64,000 bases of DNA from Dimorphilus gyrociliatus. Lineage: Eukaryota; Animalia; Annelida. Positions within the stretch are counted from its first letter, which is position 1. Each line of letters opens with the position of its first letter. The position numbers and the translations under genes were made by a program. Shown here one piece after another: positions 63,909 through 64,000 of this stretch. Where the stretch lies: contig CAJFCJ010000006.1 of NCBI GenBank assembly GCA_904063045.1, forward strand, positions 3,116,408 to 3,180,407. The letters run 5' to 3'. The notes under the pieces are model-generated. The model made no database searches. It had not been told where the DNA came from and saw nothing but the letters and a program-made list of their open reading frames with translations.

Positions 63909-64000
63909 TATAATAAAACATTCAATAGAAAAGACTAAAATAACTTTTCTGCATATGTGCTTCTAAAATGAAATATATTATACCTGTCTGTTAAGTATTT

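Noticed and set aside
1-64000. CRISPR arrays, operons, prophage, rRNA/tRNA genes, intact transposons and U12-type introns
   Set aside because: None was seen. The window is spliceosomal-intron-rich animal DNA, and GTATCCTT near 62612 is antisense to TRMT112 coding sequence.

Overview
This is eukaryotic (animal) nuclear DNA, not prokaryotic. It is AT-rich (roughly 28-30% GC by eye) and gene-dense, with mostly 45-100 nt GT-AG introns. The compactness and the vertebrate-like orthologue set fit a miniaturised lophotrochozoan genome such as the annelid Dimorphilus; that is an inference, not demonstrated. By manual splicing I can support about 20 protein-coding genes, in order: SETD2 (runs off the left edge), ROMO1, ATP5F1E, CHMP1A, a two-repeat Myb, TRAPPC13, an HspQ/YccV-domain protein, an ICE1-like gene, an antisense single-Ig membrane protein gene nested in an ICE1 intron, ZC3H15, a short tropomyosin, Vav, a tandem SH3-less Vav paralogue, a C2CD6/CatSper-tau-like gene, LITAF/CDIP1, an endothelin-converting-enzyme-type M13 peptidase, an MTMR10/11/12 pseudophosphatase, Polycomb/CBX, TRMT112 and PET117. 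ATP5F1E, the C2CD6-like gene and TRMT112 are absent from the ORF track, and TRAPPC13 appears only as fragments. No rRNA, tRNA, CRISPR array or intact transposon was seen. The most notable points are the hidden CatSper-tau-like gene, the SH3-less Vav duplicate, the nested Ig gene and a rich layer of predicted alternative splicing: mutually exclusive tropomyosin exons, a Vav microexon, and three alternative ECE first exons. Homology calls come from recalled family motifs; no database search was run.
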